From the NCBI GenBank assembly GCA_048013815.1, contig CM106585.1, forward strand, positions 7,564,001-7,628,000: a stretch of 64,000 nucleotides of DNA, written 5' to 3'. The notes below the pieces were generated by a model, which did not search any database, was not told the DNA's origin, and saw only the letters and a list, made by a program, of their open reading frames with translations. How positions within the stretch are numbered: position 1 is the first letter of the stretch; each line of letters opens with the position of its first letter. The translations under genes were made by a program, and so were the position numbers. Shown here piece by piece: positions 1-13,798 of the stretch. This DNA is from Setoptus koraiensis. Lineage: Eukaryota > Animalia > Arthropoda.

Positions 1-74
1 TGAGATAAGAGTTATAAGGATAAGTAAGTTTCCTCGCAATTATCAGCATCAGTCGATATGAGTTGAATACATAC

Positions 75-1106
75 CAGGATTACAGGAGAAACACAGTAAC
101 ATGTCTGTTCTAGTTGGTTGGAATTTCTCGTCAAGTTCTGATAATCTGCTGATCTTAGGTGAAGTGGGCATCGATGGCAAGAGTTGAGAGTACTGAGATT
201 GTGGGGGTGACTCTGGTTGGGAATGGAACAAGCTAATGTCATGTTTTTTAACCCCGTAATCCGCCAGTCCTAAATGCGGAGAAAAATACAAAGAGAAATA
301 GTTTCATAAGTGGCCCATCATGAATAAGTTGCTGAAGAGAGGAATGGCCTCTGTTGATTAGTAGGCCCAGCAATCATGTTCATACAACACTTACTTCCAC
401 GACACGCTTGAACGATGAAAACTTTTGGTTTTCCAATCATTTGCTTGCACCTTTTGTTATCAAACATACTAATTATGTCATTGAGATCCATTTCGATTCC
501 ATCGGTGCCATAAATAGCACTTTCCGTTCCATGGGACAGTAGTATGACAATGAGGGCGTCGTATTTTAGTTTGCATGAAGCGGAAGCTTGCATCAGAAAA
601 CTCTTCATTTTATGTGAGGTAAGATCACGCATACATTGCACCTGAAATCCTAATTGATTGAACACATCGCTCAGCTGAGTGGCATCAATGTCTGATCCGC
701 GCCTTTTCGGGAACATGTCACCCTCAAAGTTGACATTGTTGATAATTAAACAAGGTCCTCTAGGTTTTGAGGTCATTTTGTAGTCTAGTAAGGGATTTCT
801 ATGCCAGATTTTGTTTAGTTTTACCTCAATTGGGTCATAGTTGCTTCGCTTTGACGGGTTCAGTAGTATGTCGCTATGTGTTCTTCGAATAGATCTAGGC
901 TCAGTTAGAGGCGCGTTTTTGGTTGAAGTTGATGGGTTGCTTGACTGACTTTGGGTATTTTCTCCATCGTCGTCGAATGACAAAACCTTGAAAGGTTTCT
1001 TGTTTTTTATTGGAGATGGTGAGCAACGATCCGATATGCTAGTATGGGGTCTTTTGGCTGTGCGATCTATAACAGCGATCGACTTGGATCTCGACATATG
1101 CATCAT
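75..1106 (-). CDS. Caspase (peptidase C14), 3' end runs off the window start
   Basis: The ORF has CLIINNVNF, RRGSDID, LSHG (catalytic His) and QACRG (catalytic Cys). Exon 1 is 1106-395, ending at a GTAAGT donor right after QACRG. The intron is 394-270 (125 bp). Exon 2 is 269-75, in frame (R-LADYG...PTRTDMLLCFSCNPG, the start of the small subunit), and ends at a GTATGT donor. No further exon was found inside the window. Confidence 0.92.
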
Positions 1107-2287
1107 TATTGTCTTGTTACGCTATTATGCGTTGTTTGGGAGATATTTAAAGTATTAATGTGGTCAAATCTAATTGTATTGTAAGCTGTTCGGCCAATGA
1201 TGAAGCTATAGATGGGTGTGGGCGAGACGTGTAGTGTTGAAAGAGCGGTTGTTGATATCAAGTGATATATTTTTTTGAGTGATTTCGAGACTTTTGAGAA
1301 TTGTAGTTTCAAAGGTGAAAGCTTGGTTTTGATACTGCTATGAAGTTGCGCGTTTCTGAAAGCTAAATAAGGCTCATTAACAATTATAAGTGGCGTTTTT
1401 CACTATTCTATGGCAACTAAAGTAATAATAATAATAACTATTTTGTGTCCCAACTGATCATTTATGCAAATTTAACAAGTGTGCCAAGCCGGTGAGTGCG
1501 CCTGTTCTGCTCCGTTCCACTATTGTAGCGATCGGCGTATGGTGAATGATAATAATAAATATCGATATTATCAAGTCCAACGCTGGCTCCAAAATAGATA
1601 TTTGGATAGAGATCCTATAATGTGTTGACGGTCATGACGAAATCAGTTGTTGATTGTCCATTATAAACAATAGACTACTAAATGGGTCACATATAAATAC
1701 GTGTCAAAGTAAAACTGGGCATTTGTTGTTGTGAGAATGTCTCTCACAAAAGTTGGCGAATTCAATGAAGTGATATATCAAATAATCAATTGGTGTTCTG
1801 TGAGTATCAACAAGTGGACATTACATTACATGGGTGGGTAATACAATGATGAAGACTAATATAACTTCATAATGGGTTGAGTGTGCGAGTGTTGGCAGTG
1901 CATTTAAATATATGCAAATACAATTATAAACAACAACAACAAAAGTGAAGTGATAATAATAATCAATACTACAGTGGTGCTACAGTCAACCGTTCACAGT
2001 GTGCCGGTGCTTGGTTTTCCAACAAACTATATTTGCAGCAAGTGTTGTTAGTTTTGAGCACGAGCCTCGCGCGAATCAGCTCTGTGTTGTGAGTGTTCAA
2101 TCTGTTGGTTTCAGTTTGTTTGGCCTAAAACACGCACACACACACACACAGTTTGTTTTCTATGTGCGCCGTTGCTGCATCGAGTTTGTGCACTCGCGCA
2201 TACAGTCGTTTGTCTCTCACACTTTCACACTGTCCCTCTGCAAGTTTCAAAGCAGTGCAGTACTGCACTCGCGGGTCGCGACAACAA

Positions 2288-2318
<31 letters not shown>

Positions 2319-2955
2319 GAATTGGGCAGTATCATCTTATCCTATAAACATCATGCACTGGTGTTCTCTTTGTGTAGCAACTGTAGCAATAATAATATAA
2401 GCACCAGCGCACAACCGACGCAAAGAGCAAAGTGCCTCATCTGTGTGCGAAAAATTGAAGACACACAAAATGGACACAACAGTATCCCAGTTCTACACTA
2501 GTAAACATCAAGCGAATGTTTTTTAACTCCTGTCAAACACGGCCCAGCATAGCGTTTAAGTTATCGGTGTGTGCCCCTCAACTTTGTCTTCATTTTATTC
2601 CTTCTGTCAGTAAGTTCTGTATTGTTGTAGCGTGTTACTGCCATAATAGCAGTGTCAGTCCGAGACACCGCTGGTGAACACGTTGCTAGTGCACAAAGTT
2701 CGATCAGGGCTTTATCGAACTTTGGGCAGCGATTTTGTTCGATTCTCTTTTTGCCATCACTCAAGCAACGAAACACGCACGCGTTGCGCTACGTGCAACT
2801 CGTTCCACGCACTGTTGCAAGTTGCAACCAGCGACTGCATTCAGCATGCATCGCTGCACGACAGAAAAAAAAATATACCTGTTGCACTCGATTGAGTCTC
2901 TTCATGCAGTGTGCCTGCATCATAAATATCAGCTACAATTGCAATTTGTTCAGGT

Positions 2956-3166
<211 letters not shown>

Positions 3167-6100
3167 TTATATTAAACAGGAGTTTCCAATCGCCAAATCA
3201 ATCCTACTCGAAAGAGTGCCTCAGATAAGGATGTGGGCTCACTTTCGTTATAAAAGCCGGCTCTTTGAGCAGAAACAAACATCTCTTAACGGGAGCAACA
3301 ATATTTGACCATATTTCTGATGACACACATACTCAAGCTCAAGCCAGCAAAAATTTACCAGTAGTGACTGCAACTTTATGAAGAAATCCATCCAAAACGA
3401 AATGTGTCCACACAACATATTCTCTCTTATATAACTCTGATAACTTATGACCTCTCAATTCTCAGATTTAACACACGGCTTTGAGTGTGCTCCCGTCACC
3501 TTTACTTGACTCTGGCGTGGAGTAGTGGGCCCATTCGAGCCTCTGGTTTTTACAGCGTGTAATACTCGACAAATTCGTTATACGCAGAACAAAGTTTTTT
3601 CTTTGTATACATAAGTTTTGTTGAAAACGGACAGTAAATATTGCGTAGAGAGAATTTTTTATTTGAGATGGGCTCACACACAATTAGACATGTTGCGATT
3701 CGATTAAAATTTGAGCTCTAAGTGGCTTCGGATTAGATAGATAGTGGTTAGATATAGTTACCATAAACAACAAAATTTGATTGCACAGGAAGGTCAGCAT
3801 GACATTGGAAAGCTAGCACTGCTAGCCTAGCAGCAGATATACTGATACGCAGGACCAATAGTCTTGAGTAACGAGCCAGCACACCCTGGGCCTTTAACGG
3901 GTTGAATTCTTATGTGGAAGCCATAATCCAGCTCTGTAATATTTGACAATAGGCTTATGGTTCATGTTTTAAACTGGTACAGTGTGTTTCAAAAGCCGTG
4001 GACCACAGTTTCCTTGAACTCCGCCAGAGGCGCATAAAGTGCATTTAAGTGCACAAGGAAAGCTAGAGTGCTCCGTTAAATGTTCATTTCTTTTGATTCA
4101 CTTAAGCATTTATGCATGCAGATGAACGACCTGTTTTGTGACGCGAGGTGGCGCATCGGCTGCTCGTATTATTCTACGTGATGCTGAGGATAAGCACTCC
4201 GCAAGATTAACTTCTACTTGCTCACATTGTAAGAGAATCCAAGTATGTCATCCTATGACTGTCCAGTTTTCATAAAGTATTTTGTCTGGCGGTGGTTCAA
4301 GATTGGTCTCACAGAACGTGAAATAAGTTATTTCACTTCTGTCTAGACAAAGCCATTGCTACATGACGGAAAGCGCTACCTCAGCGACGTTATTCGAACT
4401 AGGATATAAGCACTATCACAACTTTTGCAATTGTACCAGATTAGTCGATAGCAATGCTATCATAGCCTAACCTGACAAGCTTGTGTGAAGACCAATGAGC
4501 AGAAAAATAGTCAAATGTACCAGCAACATTGGACTGTACAGTGTGAGCCTTTCCCAATGGCCACATACAAGCTTCAAATGAAATCCACCAGAAGCGCTGG
4601 CGCCGTTGAAAATCGTTCAGCCGAAGGCGGACTGTTTCATCAAATATTTTTTTTTGCTGATTGCTTTAAGCACTGCTTGAGCTGTATGAATATGGACATG
4701 TGAATATAGAACAGTTGTAGCGCTTGTGTTACAATAGTGATCAGAGCAGCGCCGCCCTTGCGGATTCGTAGGGAACCCTGTGTATGGCCACTGGAAAAAC
4801 CTCACACAGTGTACTTAGCACCCTTCAGCTGCTGTTGTTGCCCTCTCTCTCTCCCTCTTTTGCACACACAAGAATATAGGGTGTAAAGACCAACTAACTC
4901 GTTTCTCACTCATTAATCCATGGTTGCTTTCACAATGCATTTCTCGAAATGGTCAGTGGACTACAGGCGATGCTACAAAAGCACAGATAGTGCAAGTGAA
5001 CACAGCCTCGCGTATGGGTATTGTATGCTAAGATCAAAGGGACAAGTATGGCTTGCTCAATAGAACAAGCGCACGTGAATGTTTTGAACGTTCTGTGCTT
5101 GCGAGCAGCACACTGTGTTTGCAACTGGTCCGCTTGTTAAGTTTGCACCCTGTATGTCAACTATCAAAGAAACAACAAAAACATAATCACTGTCTCACAG
5201 GCTGACCGGCCACTACACTGAATTGTTCTACGATGCTAAACGTAGTTCTAAATACTTACTGCAGAAGTCGCCTTGAACGAGGTTGTACGATCTTTGTTAT
5301 AGAACAGCGCCCTCTACCTGAAGCGTAAAACTTATTTCAGTTTTACTATAGTGAGTGCTAGGATTGCACACAAAAAACAGGCACAAGCAAGACAAAATTA
5401 CAAGTCGTGCATTACTGCATCGTGTCAGTGCACCTGATTGCGACCTGTGCCCGATTGAGTTTAACTGACTTAACTGACAACTTAGGCACATCAGATTTTA
5501 CAGTCACAAAACTCAAAAGTGTGCCGCACAACTTGGCACGAATGCACTGTGTGTATTCTATGTGCGTTATATTTGGGTGGACGCCGTCGCTGTTTGAGCA
5601 TCGTTTTGAAGCGCCCTCTACAAATTATGTGCGCACATTATACTGTATGCGTGTGTGTGTGCGTACGCACACCCCTCTCACAAAGCGCATATACGCGCAC
5701 CGCATGATGTGCTCGGCGTCCAGATCAAAACAGCAAATTGTACTGATTATTCTATACCAAGGCTTCCATTGGGCATTTTTAACACAGAAAATGCACTGTT
5801 CAAGCGCAGTGTGTTTTATAGATTTGATTGTTACACGGTGTAACTTACACCGCTCATAGACAAAATGTACACATAAACACATACACAAACGAACATTCAC
5901 AAGTGACGACGACGACAACGACGACGAGCAGACCAGCCAGCTATTTCGAGTTGGGGAATGAATTCATATGTGTTTGTTAATATACAATACACAATACACT
6001 ACGGGGTGTTAAATTCAAAACGCAGAGCTATAAAACACATTGTCCAGGTTCCAGCACATGGTGCTTTTGTCTATTATCGAAAAAAAAATTCACTGTAGAA

Positions 6101-6319
6101 GGCAACGTAGCCTATGCAGTACTATTGTGCGTTTTGAATTTAACACTCTATACACAAAGTTAAACTAAAATTCTTTCTTCTTGAGAATTAACTATCAATT
6201 TGTAGTTATTATTATTATTCAATACTATTATTATTATTAAATCACTATCATTATTAATCAAGAAGAGTAGATAACTATTATTATTACTATTATTATTATT
6301 ACCATTTAGCACATTAATC

Positions 6320-9300
6320 ATGTCAGGTACTGTTATGAAATTTGGTCCTCAATGGCTGAGAGCTCTGACTGATGGTGGAACTGCAGGCATCGGTAGTAAT
6401 ACAGGCAATGAAACGACATCTCAGCCATCAAGCGCTACCTCCTCCACAACTAGTAATAATGGAACTTCACATCAGCCTTCATCTCCACAACAACAAGTTA
6501 TGCAATCAAATAATATAACTAATAATAACCACCAGTATCAGACATCTTTATCAATGCCTCCATCATTGACAACATTGGCAGGTTCAGTGAGCCAACAGCA
6601 ACAACAACAACAACAACAGCAACAACAGCAGCAACAGCAACAACAAAAGAGGCAACCTCCACAGATTACCAAATACAAATTAGCCGAATTCCGTTACGGT
6701 AGAGAAGAGATGTTAGCTCTGTTTGATAGAGGCATGACACCTCCTGAAGAACTAAAGAAGTACACTGATTTATTTGTTGAAAGTGCGCGTATTCCTATGA
6801 CAATGGTCCAAATGTCTGAAGAAGAAGTAAGATTGAGTACAAGGAATTGGAACTCTGACGCAGTTCTCAGGGCAACGGGTAAAGCTGCTGTATCAACCAC
6901 TACCGCCACCAGTGAAAGGGAACGTGGATCTATAACAGAAACAAGAGCTAATGCCATTCCTCCAGGAGGTAGTATTTCATCAGCATCCAGGGGCCCTCCC
7001 GGTTCCCTATCTACCCGTAGTTCGATGACTCCAGACTCTAGAGGGCTGACGGGATCTCAATTGAGGGGACCCCCTGGCAGATTGGTGAGAGCACCAGGTC
7101 CTTATGCCAGATCTCAATCCCACGAAGATGATGCCTTGGATGATGGATTGAGTAATTATTTAAATCACGATACTAGAGGAACAAGTAATCACGCTCGCGA
7201 TCCCTTGAAGTCAAGATACGAACCAGTTCGTTTGTCGAGTCTGACATCAAAGCCGATCGGTTTGGAACAAAATAAAATAGTGGAAAACGAAGCTGGAGAA
7301 AGACGCAGTGTTTTTGACAGGCCTTTGCCTGTGCGCAATGGCATTGAAGATAAACTCGGCGCTGTAGCAAGAAAAGATAGTGCAGGCTTAAGGCCCGCAC
7401 AATCGAATGATTGGCGATCCAGAGACAACTGGGCTGGTACTGAAAGAACTTCTAAAGTTTCGACCTCTACCGAGGAGAGACCTTGGAGAACATCCCGCGC
7501 ACCTGATGATTGGCGTAGTCCTAATCCAAGCTCTTCCTCATGGTATTCGCGCAGTGATGATCGTAATAATCAAAGGAATGCAGCTCAAGATACAGATAAT
7601 CTCAGTTCAAGTTACCATAGTAACAAACGTGATACGCTTAGACGGCCATCGGGTGGCGATAAGCATGGTGATCATCATTACGAAGAAGATGAAGTTCATC
7701 ATAGACACCGCCGCGATAGCCTACCTGAGTGGAGTGTTGACGACCCATCTGGTGATAAAGTTGGTAGCTTCGATGCTAGTGGAGCCTTCAGAGAATCTAC
7801 AGCTGAGGACGAAAATGAGGGCTCGTCAATGAAACACAGGCAAGAGAGCACTCAAGAGAGAACAGATTGCAAGAATTTCGCTGTTCGCATCTCCTCAAAT
7901 AATTCAATCAACCAGAATGATGACACTGGACGCAAGAATAATGATTGGCGATCGAATGATTCTAACGGCGAGGAGCCAATTTCATTGAATGGTTCTAGAT
8001 ATATTAGTGAAGATGATAACGTTGATATTACGTCACTCATGGGCATAACTTCCGGCGATAAGACTAACTCTGGCAAAAATGTGGAAGGCTCAGGCGATTT
8101 AACTAATCTGAAACAATCACCAAATTCTATCAGGAAGAATATTCATGAGAGATTCTCTTGTGCTGACCAAACTTCTAATATTGATACTCAGAACAATCAA
8201 GAAAGTCCGATAGTGGTCAATTCTCCGTCTCTGGCAGGCGATGACCCCAAGAAAAGAATTATTGAAGCTGAAATAAGCAATCAAACATCTTCGCAATCGT
8301 GCCAACAATTAATTGACCAAGCGATGTCCCGCCAAGAACAGCAGACAGAAATGCAGATGATTTTACGCAATCAATTTGATCAGCAATTACGTATGTCTGC
8401 TTTTAACAACCAAATTAATGTCACATCGCCAACACCTAACGAAGAGGACGGCTTTGCGCACCTTGAAAGAGCGGCCGAAATCATGGTCGCTGAATGGACT
8501 GCCGAAGAAGAGCATGTTGAACCTAATATTGTGAATCCAGTCAAATTTGTAGATAACATGAATCAAAACCAACGCGGCGCACAATTTAATTCAATGCACC
8601 ATGAAACCCGACTCGCCGGTCAGCAATCTCAGCAACCTGGAGAAAATCACATGAACGTAACCACTCCGCCAGCAGATACGAATGATTCTAATAGGTTTAT
8701 CGTTTTGCCATTCAATCATGAAAACTCGCAGAATTGGTTCTATAGAGACACCCAAGGCGTTATTCAGGGCCCATTTAGCGCGACAGAGATGTTTGAATGG
8801 TTTAAAGCAGGATATTTTGTAAAAGAGTTACTTATTCGTCGTGCTTGTGACGAATGCTTTTGTCAACTCGGTGATATCATGAAACTTTGGGAGCGTATAC
8901 CTTTCTTACCTAACGTTCCACCACATCCACCAATAACAGCCGGGGCAATCTACCAACAAAGAGAGTAAGTATCTGAGAAATTACTCAACTTTCTACTCAA
9001 ATAAAATGTTTCTCTAACAATCCTTTCCATTTCTGTCATCGCAGGATCAATAAGCAACTCGCTCTCGCCGCTGGGTTGACACAGCAGCCAAACTCTGGTA
9101 GGTCGTTCAATATGGCGCATCCTGGTTCCATCCTCATCCATGCCCCTATTATTCAGTCACAAATACAATCCCCAGTCCATCAACCCATGTCAAATGATTC
9201 TGCATCCAACATATCAGGGAGTCAAGGAATCGCCTCACAGGTTATGCCAACTCAAGATCAATCAGCTTCTCGTAAAGCTCAAGATGATATGCAAATGCAA

Positions 9301-10335
9301 CTTCGTCTTCTTTTGGCCCAACTTAAAGATAGAGAGGGGTTCTCTACTCTCAATGCACAGCAGCAGCAGGAAGTTCTCGTCCAGCAATTTGTGGCAAACA
9401 AACAGCAACAACAACAGCATGAAGAGGAGCTTAGACTTCACAAGCAACTCCTCAAACAACAGGCTCTATTCGAAGCAAATAGGTTAGAGGAGATGCGCAA
9501 GCAGGAAGAGATCTATCGTAGGCAACAAGAAATTCGTCGTATGGAGCTCCAGCAGGAAGAGGCCGAGAAAGAACGTTTCCTCCTGCAACATCGAATGAGA
9601 GCCGAAGAGGAGAAGCAACGCATGATGGACGAACATCAAAGGCGCCAACAAAAGCAAGAGCAAGAAAATGAGAAAAACCGGCGAGAATTCGAGGTTGAAA
9701 AAGAAAGGCAACGATTAAAACAAATGAAACAACAGCAGCTTCAAAAACAGCAAGAAGAATTCCGACAACAACTGCAGCAACAACAGCAGAGTCAAGCGCA
9801 AGCTCAGCAACAGAGACAACAAGAGCAATTGGAGAAGCAACCATCTCCTCAATTATCCGTGATACAACAACAACAACAACAGCAGCAGCAACAAATGATT
9901 CTCGAAAGAAATAAGAAAGCGCAACAACAACAACAGCAACAACAGCAAGCTGAGCAAAAAAGACCCGCTTGGTCAACTAGTAAGAGGGCCGACCAGGAGC
10001 CTATATCTTTAGCGACCTTACAGAGGCTTCAAGAAGAAACTGAAAAAGAAAAAGAGCGCCAGCGAAAGCAACTCCAACAGCTTCAACAACTTGAGCAACA
10101 ACAAAATATCATGCAATCAAACCAACAACAATTGCAACAGTTGAGACAAATGACTTGGGCTAGGGCCGCTCAGCAAAAACCAGCACCCATTAAGACTCTG
10201 GCAGAAATTCAAAAGGAGGAGGAAGAGAGATTAGCGCAACAAAAACAAAAAGAAAACAAAGTTCAAACTAGTGTGCGTAACGCTGGAGTTTGGAGAAATG
10301 CGGCTAGTCACTTATCTTGGAAAAATCCAAATTAA
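6320..10335 (+). CDS. GIGYF: GRB10-interacting GYF protein (GIGYF/Gyf), 2 exons
   Basis: N-terminal MKFGPQWLRAL, 4EHP-binding motif YGREEML, Me31B/DDX6-binding region SLPEW...GSFDASGAF, and GYF domain WFYRDTQGVIQGPF...WFKAGYF. Exons are 6320-8964 and 9045-10335. The 80-bp GTAAGT...GCAG intron joins the two long ORFs in frame. Confidence 0.93.
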
Positions 10336-11911
10336 AGTAACCCTCAATGAACAATAAATTGTATGTTGATGAGTTTCTTCTAGGTAAACTACAAATAAAG
10401 CTGTACGCTTTTATTGAATCCTCGACAAAATTGACATAATATCGCCTCTAATCAAACTGTATTTGGTCTAAGAACTTCTTATCTCAAATGTATATATATA
10501 TGTGAAAGAGCGACATGACACCTGTTTGGGTTCCCATATTCGTACCAAGATTATACAGCCGCGCTAGATGTGGGAACATCTATTCGACAGCTCAAATGTG
10601 TATGCGAGACCACCATCGCTCATGAGACACTCAAGTTGGTTTAGTTCCTGATAATCAATACATCTAATTGATTATTGTCTCGATCTCTTTCTACTGTGAT
10701 GAGAATGGACCTCGTCTGTAGAGTATATTGCGTCTAGTTTGCCAATCATGTTTTTCGAGTTTCGAACAAGGTATCGTGCTCTCCATGTACGATTGTCATT
10801 GAGGTCACACTGTTTCCTATCGATGAATCCCATGAACGGCACCTCTTATCGAATCATCTTCATATAGGGGTTTGTACTAGTTTACTTTTACTATTTTATG
10901 ATGACGGATGACTCAAATGAAGTTGTCGAGTCATTTGATGTGGCAAAAAACACTTTTCGACTTTGACCTTACCAAGGTATTACAAAGATCACTGATCGAG
11001 AGGATGATCGTTGCAAGTCATAGCTTGTGTATTTTGTTTGAATAAATGATAGATAAACAGCAGAAATGTCGTAATAGAGTGTAATAAATGCTGATTATAC
11101 GTATTCTGTATGTGCACAATACAGCCGTGTGGTATGTTTTGCGCTAATCTACTCGCATAAAGATGAAATAGACATCAGATTATTCGCGGCTGCCTAGAAC
11201 AATTTGATTCGTTTTGTCGGAAATTTTAACGTTTTCCCATTCTCTGAGGAGCGAGTGTCCACGAGAGGATGGTATCAAATTATACAAAACTATTGGAAGA
11301 TGATAAACTGCATCACTTGATTGATGCGTATCTGCAATTTTCAATCAATTTCTCATTGTTTTCCAGATAGACTCTTATAATGGAAGTTGGAGATTTTTAG
11401 AATATCTCCCTTTGATCTCACATGGGCGTCATATTAGAATCTAAAACCTTTCATACTCAAACAGATACATATGTAGAGCAACAACAATGCTGATAGTGAG
11501 GCGCGCAAGAACTATAGCAACAGAAGCTTCCACTAAGCTGTTGATTACGCCGATAATAAAAGATCTTTCAACTTTTATAACTGGCTTGACGTTCTCTAAT
11601 CCTTGAGTGGTGTTAAATAACAATCGTCGGGTCGGCCTATAAATTATGCGCAAATTGTATTCTATGAAATTTTAAATACAATTTTAATTCCAAAACTAGC
11701 CATTTATATCGTTTGCATGTAACATCAGATTGAAATTTTTAATTATCAGTTGTCAATCTCACCCCGGCTGTTTATTTGTACTTGTTTATTTACAAAACCG
11801 AAAATGCCTCTCTTGATCGGAGATTTTCCATTATTAACCACAAGTAATCTACGAGAAAGAACAATTGACCTAAGTATGCCTCATAAGAAGAGATCTACCG
11901 AACCAAGTTGC

Positions 11912-13798
11912 ATGATGATTCAACTAAGCTATAAAACATGTAATCGTTACAACCATCTGTCAAGTGTCTCACTATTGTATTTGTCACTACTTTCAACGAT
12001 ACCCATGGCTAGTTTTGAAGACATCTCTGCGGTAACCAGGTCAAGTCAACCGATCGACACTACAGGTGCGATCAATCTACCGGTCAATCCAAGTCCCAGC
12101 ATCAATACCGACGATGATCCAAATGAGATTCAAAATGCAAGAAAGGAGCTGATTGATTATAGTACTGCTGTAATAGATTCATTAGATTTCAAAGACAAAA
12201 TCAACAGGCCTGTGGAATTCAAACATCACAATGCAAGAGAATTGCACGAGCAATTGACGCATTTGAACAGGTTATATCCTAATCTCACCAGATTATATAG
12301 TGTTGGTAAGAGTGTAAGTGGAGAACATTTATGGGTTTTAGAAGTAAGTGACAAAGCTGGACAACATGAAATCATGAAACCCGAATTCAAATACGTGGCA
12401 AATATGCATGGTAACGAGGTTGTCGGACGCGAACTTCTGCTATTGCTTGCGCGTCTATTGTTGGACAATTATCAGGAGGAGCCAAGTGATCCCATGGACG
12501 ATCCACCCAGTCAACAGTTTGTAAGAAAGTTGCTCAAGTCGACGAGAATACATCTAATGCCGAGTATGAATCCCGATGGATATAAAAACTCCGGTTTGGG
12601 CTGCGTCTTTGAGCCCGTAAGTCGTAGAGGCCGTCTGAATGAAAACAACATTGACTTGAACAGAAACTTTCCAGATCGCATTATAGAGAATACTGTTGAC
12701 TTAAACACTCAACCGGAAACTCGAGCTATCATTGAATGGTCAAAATCGATTCCATTTGCATTGGGTGCAAATCTTCACGGGGGCAAGTCTATATGATAAT
12801 CTAATGATGATGATAAGTAATGAATTGTAAGAACTTGAATCAATTTTCACTGCTAATGAACAAAATTTACATATTATAGGTGCTTTGGTTGTTTCGTACC
12901 CATTTGATGCAACAAAAAACTCATCCACGACAGGAGAGGCTGCTCTAACTCCTGACGATGAACTTTTCAAGCATCTAAGCAAGGTATATTCAAATGTAAG
13001 TAATCGTCGCTAATACTATCATCCTGTTATCAAAATCATTAGATTGTGTTCACTCCTGATTTATTCTTTTTGGTTTGCTTGTCTAATCTTTAGAATCATG
13101 AGAACATGTACAAGAATGAAATGTGCTACGATTTTTGTGGTCACTATCATCAAGAGATATTCACTGATGGCATAATCAACGGTGCTTCTTGGTACCCTTT
13201 ATATGGCACTATGGCTGATTGGTTGTATACCAACACTAATCAATTAGATCTCACTATAGAGGTGGGTTGCAATCAATTTCCTCCCTCCATTGAACTGGAG
13301 AGATATTGGAACTACAATAAGAGGGCATTAATAAGCTACATCAAAGAAATACACAGAGGCATCAAAGGTATTATTTTAGACGACAGGACCGGAAAAGCAT
13401 TAGCTGGTGTTCGTGTCAAGGTTTACGGTATCGAGAAAGATGTATTCAGCTCAGCCTATGGCGATTTTTGGCGTATACTTGTACCGGGTTCTTATTATGT
13501 TCAATTTTCCAAAAGAGGCTACGAACCATCACGTAAAGCACATGTATTCGTCTCTTCTTTCATGGCAACTATAATAAGAGTTAACCTAGTTCCCTTAAAA
13601 TCATTGGGACAAAGATCTAGTACACCAAGAGGCGACACTATTTTGGATGAGATTAAAACCGAAAATAAATCCTCTGGTTCGAATGCCTCAACAATACTGT
13701 GGATTCTCGTTGTTGCTCTCGTAATTGCTGTGTCAGGTGGAGTATTCATCCTGAAAAGGCGAAAGAATAACAAGAATCAATCATTGGAAATGAGTTAA
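11912..13798 (+). CDS. M14B metallocarboxypeptidase (CPD/CPM-like) with one catalytic domain and a C-terminal TM helix; 3 exons; start codon uncertain
   Basis: Zinc ligands HGNE and NLHGG, NRNFP, ASWYP, catalytic Glu in TIEVGC, a transthyretin-like domain (RGIKGII...GDFWRILVPG) and a TM segment (TILWILVVALVIAVSGGVFIL). Exons are ..12782, 12880-12995 and 13094-13798. The first intron is GC-AG. Confidence 0.9.

Noticed and set aside
10672-11653. Short minus-strand ORFs between GIGYF and the carboxypeptidase
   Set aside because: One is only 53 codons and the other lacks an ATG. No recognisable motifs or consistent splicing.
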